A stretch of DNA of 63,859 bases, the filler included, from Reticulomyxa filosa (lineage: Eukaryota > Protista > Foraminifera), in assembly GCA_000512085.1 (NCBI GenBank). It is 18 parts of 18 records of this genome, joined end to end, with 100 filler letters (N's around TTAATTAATTAA, not from the genome) between each part and the next. Parts side by side here need not be neighbours in the genome. Positions count along the whole stretch, not along the records: positions 43,811 to 52,213 come from ASPP01013307.1; positions 52,314 to 54,939 come from ASPP01001415.1; positions 55,040 to 56,136 come from ASPP01006400.1; positions 56,237 to 59,251 come from ASPP01020138.1; positions 59,352 to 62,251 come from ASPP01027789.1; positions 62,352 to 63,859 come from ASPP01045100.1; 12 more parts are not named here. The stretch is one strand, 5' to 3'. Every line of letters begins with the position of its first letter. The stretch's first letter is position 1. Position numbers and translations under genes: made by a program. The notes beneath the pieces are model-generated. The model did no database searches. It was not told the origin of the DNA and was given only the letters and a program-made list of their open reading frames with translations. Below, one piece after another: positions 50,333 to 62,935 of the stretch.

Positions 50333-52160
50333 ATGTCGTCAATTGCCGAAGTCACAAACCCGATTTCTGAAGTCGCCGGAACATGGATAGTCAGACTTGA
50401 AAACGAGTTGATATGTACCTATATAATTTCCCCAGGTACGTTCAAGTAGTGTCGACATGCTCGAGCTGTAACACGTTTTTTTTTTCAAAAAAGTTGTATG
50501 TTGATTTGTTGAATGATTGGCAGAAGGAAACGTGGCAACGGTACCGCCGAATATTCACAATTGGGATGATGTGAACACAACGATAACATACGATACCGAC
50601 GCGCATGAATATTGTATTGAGAATTCATTTTCGCGAAGTATATTTGAAGTGATAAGTAAGAAAGACGAAGCACCGTCGGAAGAGACCAGAAAGACAATGT
50701 CGATAGAACATTTTGATGACGAAAAGAACACAGAGACGAAAGGAAAAATGATACAGTATGAAAATCATTACGACATTGGCGACCATGTGTTACTGTCCAA
50801 AGATAGAGAGGGCGTAGTAAAATACATTGGCATTGTGCCATCGATCAGTGAGGAGACATTGCAATATGGCATCGAACTAATGGCCGGAAATATCGGGGAA
50901 CACAATGGAACGTATGAAGGCAAATATTATTTCCTTGGAAATGAACAGCGATGTGTGTTTGTGGACAGTGAGCAGTTGCGAAGAAAGCTCACTGCCAAAG
51001 ACGAATCCTCTAACAATCGTCAGCGAAGACAAGACGCCTTACAGACAAAATTCGATGTTAACACATTGTTTGTTGTCAAACATGATCCATTGCACACATA
51101 CACACACATACTTTTATCCAGCATTGTGTGGATATGCTTGAAAAAAAGGGGGAAAGGGAACTTTGAAGTTTCATTTAAGAAATTACCTTTCTCCCTCCCT
51201 TTTTTTTTTTTATCAAATATAAAATGTATGTATGCACATATTATTATTATTATTATTATTTTGTGTGTGTGTTGTGGATTTTCCAGACTACAGGCAAAAT
51301 CTTGAAGGAGGAAGGACAAGAGCTAGGCATTGTTTCTCCAAGACAACAAAATGCGTCAATAGACATGATTGCTGGGGTTTGGGACATCACGTACAATGAT
51401 GGAATTCGAAATCAATACGACATTTTTACAAGTGAGAGAAAGGATTTTTTTTTTTTTGTTGTTATCCCCCCCCCGTGTGTCCCTTGCATTGGAAAAAAAA
51501 GGGGGAGAGAAGAGTCGAGGATTGGATGGTTCTCGACCGAATAAGAAACCCATTGTCACATTCCACAAAACAAAAATAAAATAAAAATAAAAAGATGGAC
51601 GCGTGGATTATGACCCGGACGGCACAAGTCATTGGGAAGGTGAAATAACGATAAAGTATGACACCAACACAAATCAATACATCGTTGAATCTGAAAACAA
51701 TCCATCTGTGTACGAAGTAATTAAGTTTAAAGATCCGACCAAACAAGATTTGAACCACATTGAAGTCGAATATTTTGACGATGAAAAAGCCATTTCCAAA
51801 GTCGGCGTGGGAATTCGCAAGGGTTCTGAAGACAATCAGCAATCAGCCTCGCTCACCGAAGAAGATGCAAAGAAAAATGACTATCAAGTGGGAGATCTTG
51901 TCGTTTTGACGCAAGACAGAGAGGGTTACATCAGGTATTTTATTGGGGTGTCGATCTGATCTGTGCGTGTTCCTCCTTTTTTTTTTTTTTTTTTTGAGCT
52001 TGTCACTTTGCCATATTGAAAAAATATTAAACGTACACATTTTTAAGGTACATTGGTGAAGTCCATTACGCGGAGGGAATATTTTACGGCATTGAGTTGA
52101 TTGGAGGGACAACAGGAACACATAAAGGAACAATCCGGGGCAAGGAATATTTTCGAGTTG
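50333..52160 (+). CDS. Tandem CAP-Gly domain protein, 3'-truncated; multi-exon
   Basis: IGDHVLLSKDREGVVKYIG...YGIELMAGNIGEHNGTYEGKYYF...CVFV and VGDLVVLTQDREGYIR|YIGEVHYAEGIFYGIELIGGTTGTHKGTIRGKEYF. Introns ~50436-50523, 51057-51286, 51431-51594, 51935-52048. Confidence 0.87.
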
Positions 52161-53333
52161 ATTATTCTTTCACTTTTGCTTACCTTCATTTCTTCCTTCT
52201 TTTTTTTTTTTTTNNNNNNNNNNNNNNNNNNNNNNNNNNNNNNNNNNNNNNNNNNNNTTAATTAATTAANNNNNNNNNNNNNNNNNNNNNNNNNNNNNNN
52301 NNNNNNNNNNNNNCAAACAAGATATCATTGTGTTTTACTCTGTTGTTTGATATTAGTTTTCGAACAATCTGAAAATTTGAAAGAGTCAGCAGTAAATTTT
52401 TTAAAAGTTTAATTGTCTCTTTTTTCATCACACTAAACTACTCCTTGTATCTCTGGAAATACAGGACGCTCGTCATCAGACAAAATGATAAACGACGACA
52501 TCTTCATTCGATATAAGTCGTTTTGATCTTTTTATTCCCTTACAGTAAGTCTAAATACTGTGATTCTACAGTCTGTAAGTTAATTCGTATAAAAAAGAAC
52601 AGTATACGCAATAATACACAAGCCTCTGAAAAATTCAGTTTAAATTTTGTGTTCAGCAACCCTTTCTTTTTGCAAAAATCTTTTACTGTCGAAACATGAA
52701 ATTGGCCTAAGTTAAATCTACAAATGGAAAACAGTGAATCTTTTTTTTACACAGACTCGAAAAACAAAAATAGAATGAGAGTAAACTTATATGCTTGCAT
52801 TATGACACTATGATAAACTCATTGTTTATGAATTGGCTTGTCATATTGGAAATAAAAAACGCAAAAAAAAAAAAAAAAAGAAAAGGAGAATCATAAAACA
52901 CAAATTAATAATCAAGTTTGTAAGAAAAAAATCTATGTATATACTAACTTGTTTTTTTTTTTAAATGAAAACGAACTATTCCACCTTATTGACAAACAAA
53001 CAAATGTTTGGAAAATCGGTATAAGAAAAAAAATAAAAAAAGTGCAAAACGTGAAAATGTAGTTGATAAATTTCAACTCGAAGCTGTTGGGCTGAAATCT
53101 CAAAAAATAAGACCAAAAAAAGAAAAAATACAAGAAAGTTCGCACATAAGCATGCGCAAACACACCAGGAAAAAAAAAAATGATCAAAAAGGATATTATT
53201 CCTTTGCTCTTCTTCAACTATCCTTCATAGCGTTTTAACGTCATCAGATCTCAATAATTTAAAATTCCATTTGAAGTGAGTCATCTTCAAAATGTGCAGG
53301 TTGATTTCTCAATTGCTTTTCAAAAAAATTTGT

Positions 53334-54326
53334 CTATATTTCACAAACACAAAAGTGTTCCCACCCATTTGTCAACCAATCTGGTTCAAAAAAAAAAAAA
53401 AAAGTGTGAAAAGAAGAAAAGTTGCATACCTGTTGTATGGAAGGTTTGAAATCGATATCATATCTTTGTTTGTTTGGTGTTGGAATGGGGATGACCTTGG
53501 AGCGTGTGTGATTGGAGGAATGAGAAGCAAGATGAGGTGAGGTTGGGATTGAGAGTAGAGAAGAGTGAAACGGGGATGGCATGTGATTGTGAGCATAGTT
53601 ATGATCGGGCGGTGTTGTGGAGGTGGAGGATTGTTGCAAGCGCGTAGGATCGATGCCGTTGGTGTCGCTTTGTATGTCCCACTGGTCACGCGGCGTGGTA
53701 TTGGAGCAGAGTGACTGTGAGGTGTTGTGATTATCGCTACGCCAAGGCGAGGATGGTCTCGACGCCCTTGATAAGTGATTCGTGCGAGGCGAGTTGTCAC
53801 GGCTGGAATCCATGTCCCGAGATCGACTTTGTCGTTGAGCAAGCAAACTGGTTAATCTTCCTGCACTGCTTTTTGCACGCTTGCAAGTGTCCAACGATTG
53901 TGAACTTTGGAATTTCGGTCTCACACAAGGCATTGTTTCTTCTTCGTCTTCGTTTTCTTCCATTTCCATTTCCAGTTCTATTTCTATTTCGGCATCACCT
54001 TCGAGTTCAAAGGCCAAATCCGCATGACCATTTGAGTCATTTGAACTTGTGACTGGCAGACGCGCATTCGCGGGAGCACAGGAGCGGACCGGGGTCGGAC
54101 TGCTGTGCAATTCCGAGCGCGGAGAATGAGAAAAGGACATGGACGTCTGTGGCACGTATACGTCTTTGTGGGGCGATCTTTGAGAAGAACATAATGGCGA
54201 AAACGCATATGCTCCACCATCATATCCGTTTTCATATTCGTGTTCGCTATCCCTTGCCTGTGTTTCATTTTCATAATCTTGTTTTCGTTTCCTTTTTTTC
54301 TCAGATCGCGCCTCCATCTCTCCATT

Positions 54327-54358
<32 letters not shown>

Positions 54359-54881
54359 GAAGAGATTGTGTGTAAATGTCGGCATGGTGTGTCCTGGTGG
54401 TAGCAACAGTGATCTTTCCGTCACTTTGAGCGTGTCGATGTAACTGGAGCAAAGGTGGATACGCGTTGACATGACGGAAATGCGATCGCAACTTTGCGTG
54501 AGACTTTTTATTTTTTTTCAAAGAAGCAGAAGTAGAAGCAGAAGCAGAAGCAGGAAATGAAGATGATGATGATGGCAATACAAATGGAGATGGGGAAAAA
54601 GAGGAACCAACAACTGGGGAGTTGACACCCAATGCAGTCCCACCCACACAGCGAGTAGTCGCAGGAGAATGACTGTTCCTGCTCGACGGCTTTTTTTTTT
54701 TCCTCTGCTCCAATTTTACTGGCCGACCTGCGCTGGCACTATCTCTCAAACGAGACCTCCTCGTCGTCGTCTTTGTCGTTGTGGCGCAACCGTTCCTGTC
54801 TCCCGTTCCACCTACTGACAAACCGTCCTTGTTCGGTTTGATCTCTTCCGTTGGACCACTTGAGGACAGAGCTACGTTCAA
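53334..54881 (-). CDS. Low-complexity Ser/Gln/Glu-rich exon of an unknown protein
   Basis: 515-codon open frame with polyQ (~54328-54360) and S/E tracts. No domain recognised. Confidence 0.6.
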
Positions 54882-55039
54882 GGCGTCACTTCGAAGTTCG
54901 CCTTCACTTGTCGATCGTTTCCCTTTTTTTTTTTTTTTTNNNNNNNNNNNNNNNNNNNNNNNNNNNNNNNNNNNNNNNNNNNNTTAATTAATTAANNNNN
55001 NNNNNNNNNNNNNNNNNNNNNNNNNNNNNNNNNNNNNNN

Positions 55040-55838
55040 ATCCTTCTGGCAGGGGGGAGCGTGCTGCGGTTCTGGCGCGTTATGCTCTGATTCAAAAGCG
55101 CAAAATTGGACAAGCGATGCTCGAGGATCTGTACGAACTCAAGTTCGAAGATCCGATCCTCGGGCTGCTTGCCGCGCATCTGTTGCTTCGAGATGATCCC
55201 CAAAATCGGTCGTTCGTGACAATCTTGAGCAATCTGAAGATGATGTTGGGTGACGATCACCCTGATGTTCAGGCATTGAGTCTCCACATTCCGTCCGAGC
55301 GTTCCGGGACCACTGCTTTGCAAAGTCCGCCGATGTTGCGCGCGAGTTGGGATCTCGCCACGGCGGAGAGTGTTCTTAGGCCGTCATTTATTCCGAACAC
55401 GGAGATATTCGAACGCGTGGGAGCCGCTTTGGTACCATCCTTGCCATGGCTGGATGGGAAGCGAACGTTGCCGCCGAAAGAGGAATTGATGGGTCTGTTC
55501 CGGACCTCAAGCTTGAGGCATTGAAACGGTTTGTCGTCGCTTATGGGATGGATCGTTCCCCTGGTGCAAAGGCAAAACGAGAAACTATTAACCGCCCTCT
55601 GCATTCGGTTGCCGAAGCATTTCAAGCTAGGGCCTATATCAAGCCCTCTACGCTCCCCGTTTTGAACAATGCAACAAAAATCGAACTAACCAAAACTCTT
55701 GGCGTGAGTGGTGATCACCTTGATGCGATGCTCAAGCAAGTAGACGCGAGTGTGTTTGGCCAACCGAATCAAACTGGGCAACCGTTTCCAGACTTTAATG
55801 CTATCGGCCAATCCTCAAAGGAACCTCAACCTCGATAA
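55040..55838 (+). CDS. Bacterial hypothetical protein, C-terminal part (1-nt frameshift ~55450)
   Basis: Intronless and GC-richer: KFEDPILGLLAAHLLL...GDDHPDVQAL...PPMLRASW. ORFs 55117-55524 and 55446-55838 fuse if one G is added. Confidence 0.7.
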
Positions 55839-55856
55839 ATTGGCGTGGAAGTGACA

Positions 55857-56136
55857 TTATCGAATTCGGGGGCGCGCACGGGCCGTCGGCTCAGCGACCA
55901 GCGGATCGTCGGGCCAGTAGTGGCGCGGATAGCGGCCCTTCAGTTCGGACTTCACGGCTTTGTAGCCGGTAGCCCAGAAGCTCGCGAGATCGCGCGTCAC
56001 CTGCACCGGCCGGCGCGCCGGCGAGAGCAGGTGGATGGTGAGCGGCACCTTGCCGTCGGCAATACGCGGTGTCTCCGTGAGGCCGAACATCTCCTGCAGG
56101 CGGACCGAGAGCGTGGGCTCGTCGGGGTTGGCATAG
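55857..56136 (-). CDS. hrpB: Bacterial ATP-dependent helicase HrpB, C-terminal domain
   Basis: LSVRLQEMFG...LLSPARRPVQVTRDLASFWATGYKAVKSELKGRYPRHYWPDDP, the HrpB_C signature. Very high GC3 codon usage. Confidence 0.95.
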
Positions 56137-56274
56137 NNNNNNNNNNNNNNNNNNNNNNNNNNNNNNNNNNNNNNNNNNNNTTAATTAATTAANNNNNNNN
56201 NNNNNNNNNNNNNNNNNNNNNNNNNNNNNNNNNNNNGGGGGGGGGGGGGTGGGTTTATATATACGTATACTCAA

Positions 56275-57125
56275 CCTTGTAAATTGGTCCAAAGAGAGCG
56301 TGGATGAATGGCGTCTTGTGGAGATCCTACCAACATCTGAGGAATAACTAACTCCATATCACACAAAATGCAATATTCACGTGCATGTAGTCTTTTGCCT
56401 ATAAAACGTACATAGTTTGTATATTGAAGAATTTTTTTATTTTTATTTTTTTTTTTTTGAGTTACCAAGAATGTTCTGAATAAATACACACTTAAACCTC
56501 ATTTTCCTTCTCCTCTCCTCCCTTGTAGTAACACGAAAATATATATAATGACATGTACTATATATGCATATATATATATATATATAATCGTGCATATATA
56601 CAACTAATCAGAATGCACTAAACAGAGAGAACGATGCAAATGCTGCGCCATCAATTGTGCAAGCGGAGGGGTATAAGCTAAACATTGCAATGTGGAATTC
56701 ATAAAACAAGAGTTCCCCAAGTTCTCCAAACCCGATCCAATTCCATGCTCTATGTATTTGGGTCTCCATTTCATCACACTCTGTTATACACACAAAATAG
56801 TTATTACTATTGTCATTATTGTGTTATTGATTGTTCACACAACTAAAAAAGTGTCAATGGCTTTGCGTTCATCCCAGGGCCAATTTTTTTGTAATATTGC
56901 CAAATTTTCCTCTTGTTGCTTGATTTGTTGTCTTTGTCCATTTTTTTCTTCTGTTCCTCTCTTATGCGCTTTATACTTTTCCAATTTTTCTCGGATGTTA
57001 GTGCTTTCTTTTTGTTTTTGCTCGTCGTTTTCGTGTTTTCTCCATGTTCGCTCATACGAACCTAAACCTGGATACGAGGGGAACAAAGAGTAAGGAGAGT
57101 CATCTTCAGCAAGAAAGTAATTCAT
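56275..57125 (-). CDS. USP36/USP42/USP17-like deubiquitinase, 5' exons (catalytic exon missed by the ORF track)
   Basis: Manual translation of ~56625-56782: [45 protein letters not shown]. Next exon [15 protein letters not shown]...AIHP. Confidence 0.87.
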
Positions 57126-58737
57126 TGTTGAGAAAAAAAAAAGGAGAAGAGTTTTCACAGAGAGGCAAACGTTCAATAAAAAAAATTCATTCCGAAATTG
57201 TATATAAAGATTTTGAGAAAATCTTTCATTCACGAAATTTCTTCTTCAACTACATGTTAAGAAGGACAAAATAATATTGAATGAAAAACAACTCCAAAAA
57301 AAAGGATCAAAAACGAAAGAAAAACCAAAAAGCTCTACTTTGTGTTTTCGCTTCAACTTTCAGAAATGAATAAAGAAAAGGTTACGTAATTCTTATCATA
57401 AATTTGTACTTGCAATGCAATTTATCCACAAGTATTAAATTGATGACGCAAACTATTTTAACCAGTTTTGTTTACACGCTACTTCGCATTTTTTTCTTTG
57501 ACTTAAAATTATAAATTTGTTTGAAATAAATTTTTTTTGTTTTCACAGCTACTGAACATCGACAAATTGTGATTGTAATAAAAGTATTGCCAAGTATAAG
57601 TTTGAATAGTTTCGTGCAAACGTTTTCGTTGTTTTTTTTTATCTTAACGTATAAAAAATAAAAAAAATTATTAACAACTTGAAATTTTGTATTAAAGTCA
57701 ATGTGATAACAATATGATTCGTTGAATATATAAAAATATAATTTGTAATTTATAATAATATTGTAAGTGTTAGTAAAATATTAGCAGTTAAGTCAAGATG
57801 ATATATTTTACACAATGTTATATATTATATATTATATTTTATGTATTTGGCAAATCGAGTATTAGAGGCCCAGTATAGTGTATTTTTGTATGTTTGATAA
57901 AAAAAGTTTTTAGTTATAGGCAAGGCCCTATAACTATCTGAACGTTGAAGGAACCTGAGAGTCACCAGTGGGCTAAAACTCATCAACCAACTTCACTTAA
58001 TCTTTTACTTTGTTTTCTTCTTTGGTTGCGTTATTCATCTTTCTTTTACTTAATTTACTTTTGTTTTATCGAACATGGTTTCTTGAGCAAACCATTTTCG
58101 TATTACATTTAGTACACATCTTCCAGCTGACGTCCTACATAGTGTTCAAAGATAAAATAAGTTAAAGAAGAAATAATCAAATACAATTTGATATTATCGT
58201 CATTGTTCGTGCTGACTAATTCAAGTTTATACTTTTTAAACAAAAAAAAAAACTTATAAAAAAAATTAATTAGGTGAGCAAATTCGTGCAGCACTGGCCG
58301 AAAGCCTGATGGCTTCTTAAAACTTTACTTTAGGACTGGACTGACAATGCTATTTATTTAATTGTGGCAAATCTTTGAAACAATAAAATAGCACTTTTTC
58401 TTTTATTATTCGTCTGTCTGATTGTCCTTCCAATATTAGTTCTAGTCTCTTTTGGCTTGACTGGTCAAAGCCTTATTTAATATTGAGTTGTCTTTTTCTT
58501 AGTACAATTCCATCGTTATTTTTATTTTAAATTTTTTTGAATTACAAATTGTCATTAAAATTAGCTATGTTATTTTCATGTTCTCTTCAGTGTTGGCTTT
58601 TTAATTTTTGGGATCATTGTATTCCTTGAGGATATAAAAGGAATTTTAAAAAAGTTATTTCCATTGTTTTGACCATAGATGCAGAAAAAAATAACAAAAA
58701 TACATATTACAGCAACTTAAAGTTGATGAGCTTTTTT

Positions 58738-59251
58738 TTACAAAAGAAAAGCGCACAATGACAAAAAGTGGAGCAGAAAAGGAGTAACAAAAGATGCTGG
58801 ACTTGAAGCATCTGCATTGGAAGAAGTGGTCGCTGTGACCGAGGTTGTAGTCGTAACGCCTGCAAAGCTAGCCGACACAGTATTGCCAAAAGTAAAGTTC
58901 AGTTTGACATCACTGGAAAATTGCCAAATCATAAACCCAGTAGTCCAAGAAACTTGTGTATTAGCAACAGCTTCAGAGAAAATGGAAGCCAAAGTAGCTG
59001 GGGCAATATAACCTGTGTTGGCAGCATCTTCTGAGGTACAGGGCTTCCCCACAACGATCATATTGGATGGAATTTTTATTCTGTCCATTTTTTTTATAAG
59101 TCATCAAACGTGTGATATAACGATAGCAACAACAAAAAAGAAAACATAGAAAATAAGAGGTGTGCATAAACCCGAAATCATTGAAGCCATTGATCATTTG
59201 ATACACTGAAGTGTTGGAAGACCAACCATCAGCAGCTTGGAACAAAGTGGC
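58738..59251 (-). CDS. GH18 chitinase-like protein, C-terminal part with Ser/Thr stalk and GPI-signal-like tail
   Basis: IPSNMIVVGKP...AANTGYIAP...WTTGFMIWQFSSD matches GH18 strands 7-8, followed by TTTTSVTATTSS and a hydrophobic terminus. Confidence 0.7.
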
Positions 59252-60058
59252 NNNNNNNNNNNNNNNNNNNNNNNNNNNNNNNNNNNNNNNNNNNNTTAAT
59301 TAATTAANNNNNNNNNNNNNNNNNNNNNNNNNNNNNNNNNNNNNNNNNNNNATTTATTTATTTCATCATATGTAAATAACAATTTCACTTTCACTTACAT
59401 TGATATCTCCAGAATGAAATTGAATTTTAAAAAAATCAGTTAAATAGGGAGTTACAAGGAGGGACGTAGTTCAATTTTTTTTCTTTTAGCTAATGTAATG
59501 TTCTTCTTTTACTCTTCTTAGAGAACATGGAGAGACTTTCTTGTGACCACAAGTAAAGTCTTGAGTTTTTTCTTTCTTCAACATCAGTCAACGTTATGAA
59601 ACATTAGAAAAAATGATAATGATTATTTATAGAGTAAGTCACAACCAAGTTATTGTTTTTGTGCAAATGATTGCCATCTTCCAATATTTTTTTTTGAAGG
59701 TAAAATAAAGAATTTTTTGATTGATTAAATATTTTATCACAACTTTACGTACAAAAGGAAAAACAAATATCTTAATTTTTTTCATTGGATATAAATAATC
59801 ACTTCACCCGCATTAATTCTTTAGAAAGGGATTGAATAAAAAAGAGTTATTTGGACAAAACAAATGAGATTATTGTCATTTGATGAATAAAAAAAAGAAT
59901 AAATATTGATGTAATTGGTTTAAATATATTTGATTATTTAATACATAAACAATTGGATATTTAAAAAAAAATGAAATATTGTTATTTTGTCAAAATATTG
60001 GATTAAATATTAAATATAATCAAACATTTAATGTTCAATATTTCATTATTTAATTCTT

Positions 60059-60720
60059 ATGCTTTTTTTTATTATTCAAAATTTTATTTACAAAATCATT
60101 AATTTTACTATTATATTAACTCCTTCAAAATTATTTTTTCATAATTGTCAATGTAAATTTATACCAAATTTAAATGAAATTCTGATTTGTGCAAGTTTTT
60201 TTACAAATCATTGTTTTTCATTTTATACATCCAAACATTTATCCTTTTCATAATATAATTCCAAATATTACCATATTTTATTATTATTTGGTGGACAAGG
60301 ATCAACTGAACATAAACATATTTGGGTTATAAAGTATAAAAGTGCGTGGAAAAAGAAAAAATATTTAAATTTATCTGATTTTGATTTAGATAAAAGTGAA
60401 TCCAATTATGAATCCGATGAATCTGAATTAAATTCAAATTCAAATATTGATTCAAATCATTCTGACTCTTCTCATTCTTCTTCTTCAAAAACTATTAGAT
60501 GATATGATATATTTTAAACATAATTCATTGGGATGATATATTTCCAAATTGATAGTTTCCATTGGCTTGTAATGGAAAAAAAATTAACAATTGGATAGGA
60601 ACAAGATGATTTACGTGGATTACGTGGAGTAATTGATGAGAAATATAAAAATTTATTATCCAAATAATATTGATGTATTCAATTTAAAAACAAATCATAA
60701 AAAAAATATAATTTATTTGT
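60059..60720 (+). pseudogene. Degenerate kelch-like family copy
   Basis: FHNCQC...NEILICAS...CFSFY; ILLLFGGQG; VIKYKSAW; EQDDLRGLRGVI; YPNNIDVFNLKT, with stops and frameshifts. Confidence 0.7.
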
Positions 60721-62935
60721 TTTGTCGAAACATTGAATTAAAAATAGAATATAGATTAACAGTGGATAAAATTACATTAATCGAATATATAAAATATCTA
60801 CAAACAGATATTGCCAAAGAAAAAAAAATAGATTTAATGGCTGGAAGATGAAAAAGAAGAAGTAAATGAAAGTTTTCAATTATATGGAGTTACAACAAAT
60901 AAAACAAAAATGAATTAATTATCTTTTATTAAATAAAAATATATTTAAATGAACATTGTTTGAATTGCATTTTCAAATATACAATAAATTGGATTCTAAA
61001 TATTTTGAATAAATCAAACAATCCAATATGATAATGAAGATTGTTAATGATTATTTATTTCAAAATAATTATTATTAAATGATTTGGAGATTATTACAAA
61101 AACAACACATTAAAACTATTCAAAAAAGTATTGGTAATAATGATTGATATATTCATAATATAAAATGATCTGATTTAATAAGTGTTGAAATAAAGTATAA
61201 AAATATGACTTTATGCGATCAATTTCTACAAGTTTATTTCTCTCCAACGTTGTAATTATGTTCAAATGAAAAACTTTGAGGAATATGTTATTTGTAAAAA
61301 AAGAATATTGCAATTTTTTTTATCTTCGAGTTTGTAGGAGGGTTTGAATGACACAAAAATTCCTCAAATGTATTTGAATGATGAATATCAAAAATGTGTC
61401 CAATTTTCTCCGCTTTTGTATTTTTTCCCATAATGTTCTCTTTGTTGCTCCAGGGAGTTGTCCTCCTGTAGTTAATAAGTGAAACAGATGTAAAAAGAAT
61501 TGATCATTTCAAGGTGAAAGTATCTTTTAATGATAATATCAAATATCGTTGCCTTTTTTAAATCGAATAGACCAATCAATGATTTTCAAGTGTAGAACTA
61601 TTGTCATTTTTATTTTAGTTGGACAAATACAAAACATATTTATATTGAAAATATTTTTTTAATTAAAAAAAAAAAAAAATGTAATGATAGTCTGTTTTGA
61701 TTATCTCAACTACTTTCATACATGGAATTTCTTCAGCAATCCTGGAATAAAAATTTTCTCCTTGAAAACTTTAAAAACAAGGATTTAAACAAATGATGTA
61801 ACATAAAAAAAGAAAAAATCTGGAACTAGACCCTTTTTAACGAACTCTTCAACTCGTCATAATTTTTCAGTTTATAGTTATTTAGTTATTTTGTCAAATC
61901 AATTGAAAATATTTTAAAATTGAAATAGCAGTTTAAGTTTTTTTATCTGTTTACACTCGTAAATAAACACAAGAAAAAAGTAATGATTGCAATATACTCA
62001 TTCAATGATATCACAATTTACTCATATCTGAAATGATATTTTTTTGTCATTAAAAAATGAAGTTTTATTATTAGTTTGATAAGAAACAATAAATGTTGCC
62101 ACAAAAGTTGTCTAAGGAAATCACCAATTAATTAAGTCCTTTTGGTTACTTTCCTTACGACAGCCTTAAAAATTTCTCATGTCTCACAAAATTCGTTTCT
62201 TCTATTTTTTAAAGCTTCTCTTCGATCTTGTTCACATGTTCATAAAGCTTTNNNNNNNNNNNNNNNNNNNNNNNNNNNNNNNNNNNNNNNNNNNNTTAAT
62301 TAATTAANNNNNNNNNNNNNNNNNNNNNNNNNNNNNNNNNNNNNNNNNNNNTTATTTTGGGTTATTTTTTAAATGTTGACTGATATTTAAAATTGATTGT
62401 TAAAAATAAGTTAATTATATATTTTTTAGAGTTGCGAATTCGCGAAGTGGTTAAAGATTGACAAAATTGCGACAATAATTAAATTTAGAATTTTTTTGAT
62501 TTGTGCAAGAGAATTGTTTTTCAACTGTTTAAAATTTTATCAAATATTGATATTATTTTGTTTTTGCTTTTTTCAATAAAACAAAAAAGTTCAATCAAAA
62601 ATAATATGACATGAACAAAACTCATAAAAAGTTGCTATAAACAAACACATCTCTTGATTAATTAATATCAGAGAGATGCAAGAGAGCTAAGCTAAACTAA
62701 ACGTATAAGAAAATTGAGAATAAAAAGAATGAATGTTTTATGAGTTGATTTATTACAACTCCGGAGTCAGTTATGACTCATGTATCACTACAGTAGCGAA
62801 ATTATTATTTTTTTAACTGTCATTGCAACATTCACACTGTAGGAAGATCAGGTACATAAGTTGTAAGTGTAATATGACAGAAGCTTTTCGATAGCAGTTT
62901 CCAATAAAACAAAATCATCTCATTCAAAATATATT

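Noticed and set aside
1096-55455. Programmed ribosomal frameshifting or RNA editing to explain frameshifts at ~1102, ~11075, ~21890, ~24500, ~44345 and ~55450
   Set aside because: All are fixed by a one-base change in homopolymer length, and one is in the bacterial contig. This points to pyrosequencing-type errors. Comparing raw reads with RNA-seq would settle it.
65-57125. Apparent cluster of ubiquitin-system genes (USP5, NOSIP, ubiquitin, BTB, UFD1, USP36)
   Set aside because: They lie mostly on different unlinked contigs, so co-occurrence carries no positional information.
58262-58320. HEFAH metalloprotease-like motif (minus) or UIM-like EQIRAALAESL (plus)
   Set aside because: Too short, with no supporting exon context on either strand.
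7094-62351. Regularly recurring TTAATTAATTAA palindrome as a repeat or CRISPR-like array
   Set aside because: It is always centred in exactly 44+44 Ns, so it is an assembly concatenation linker.
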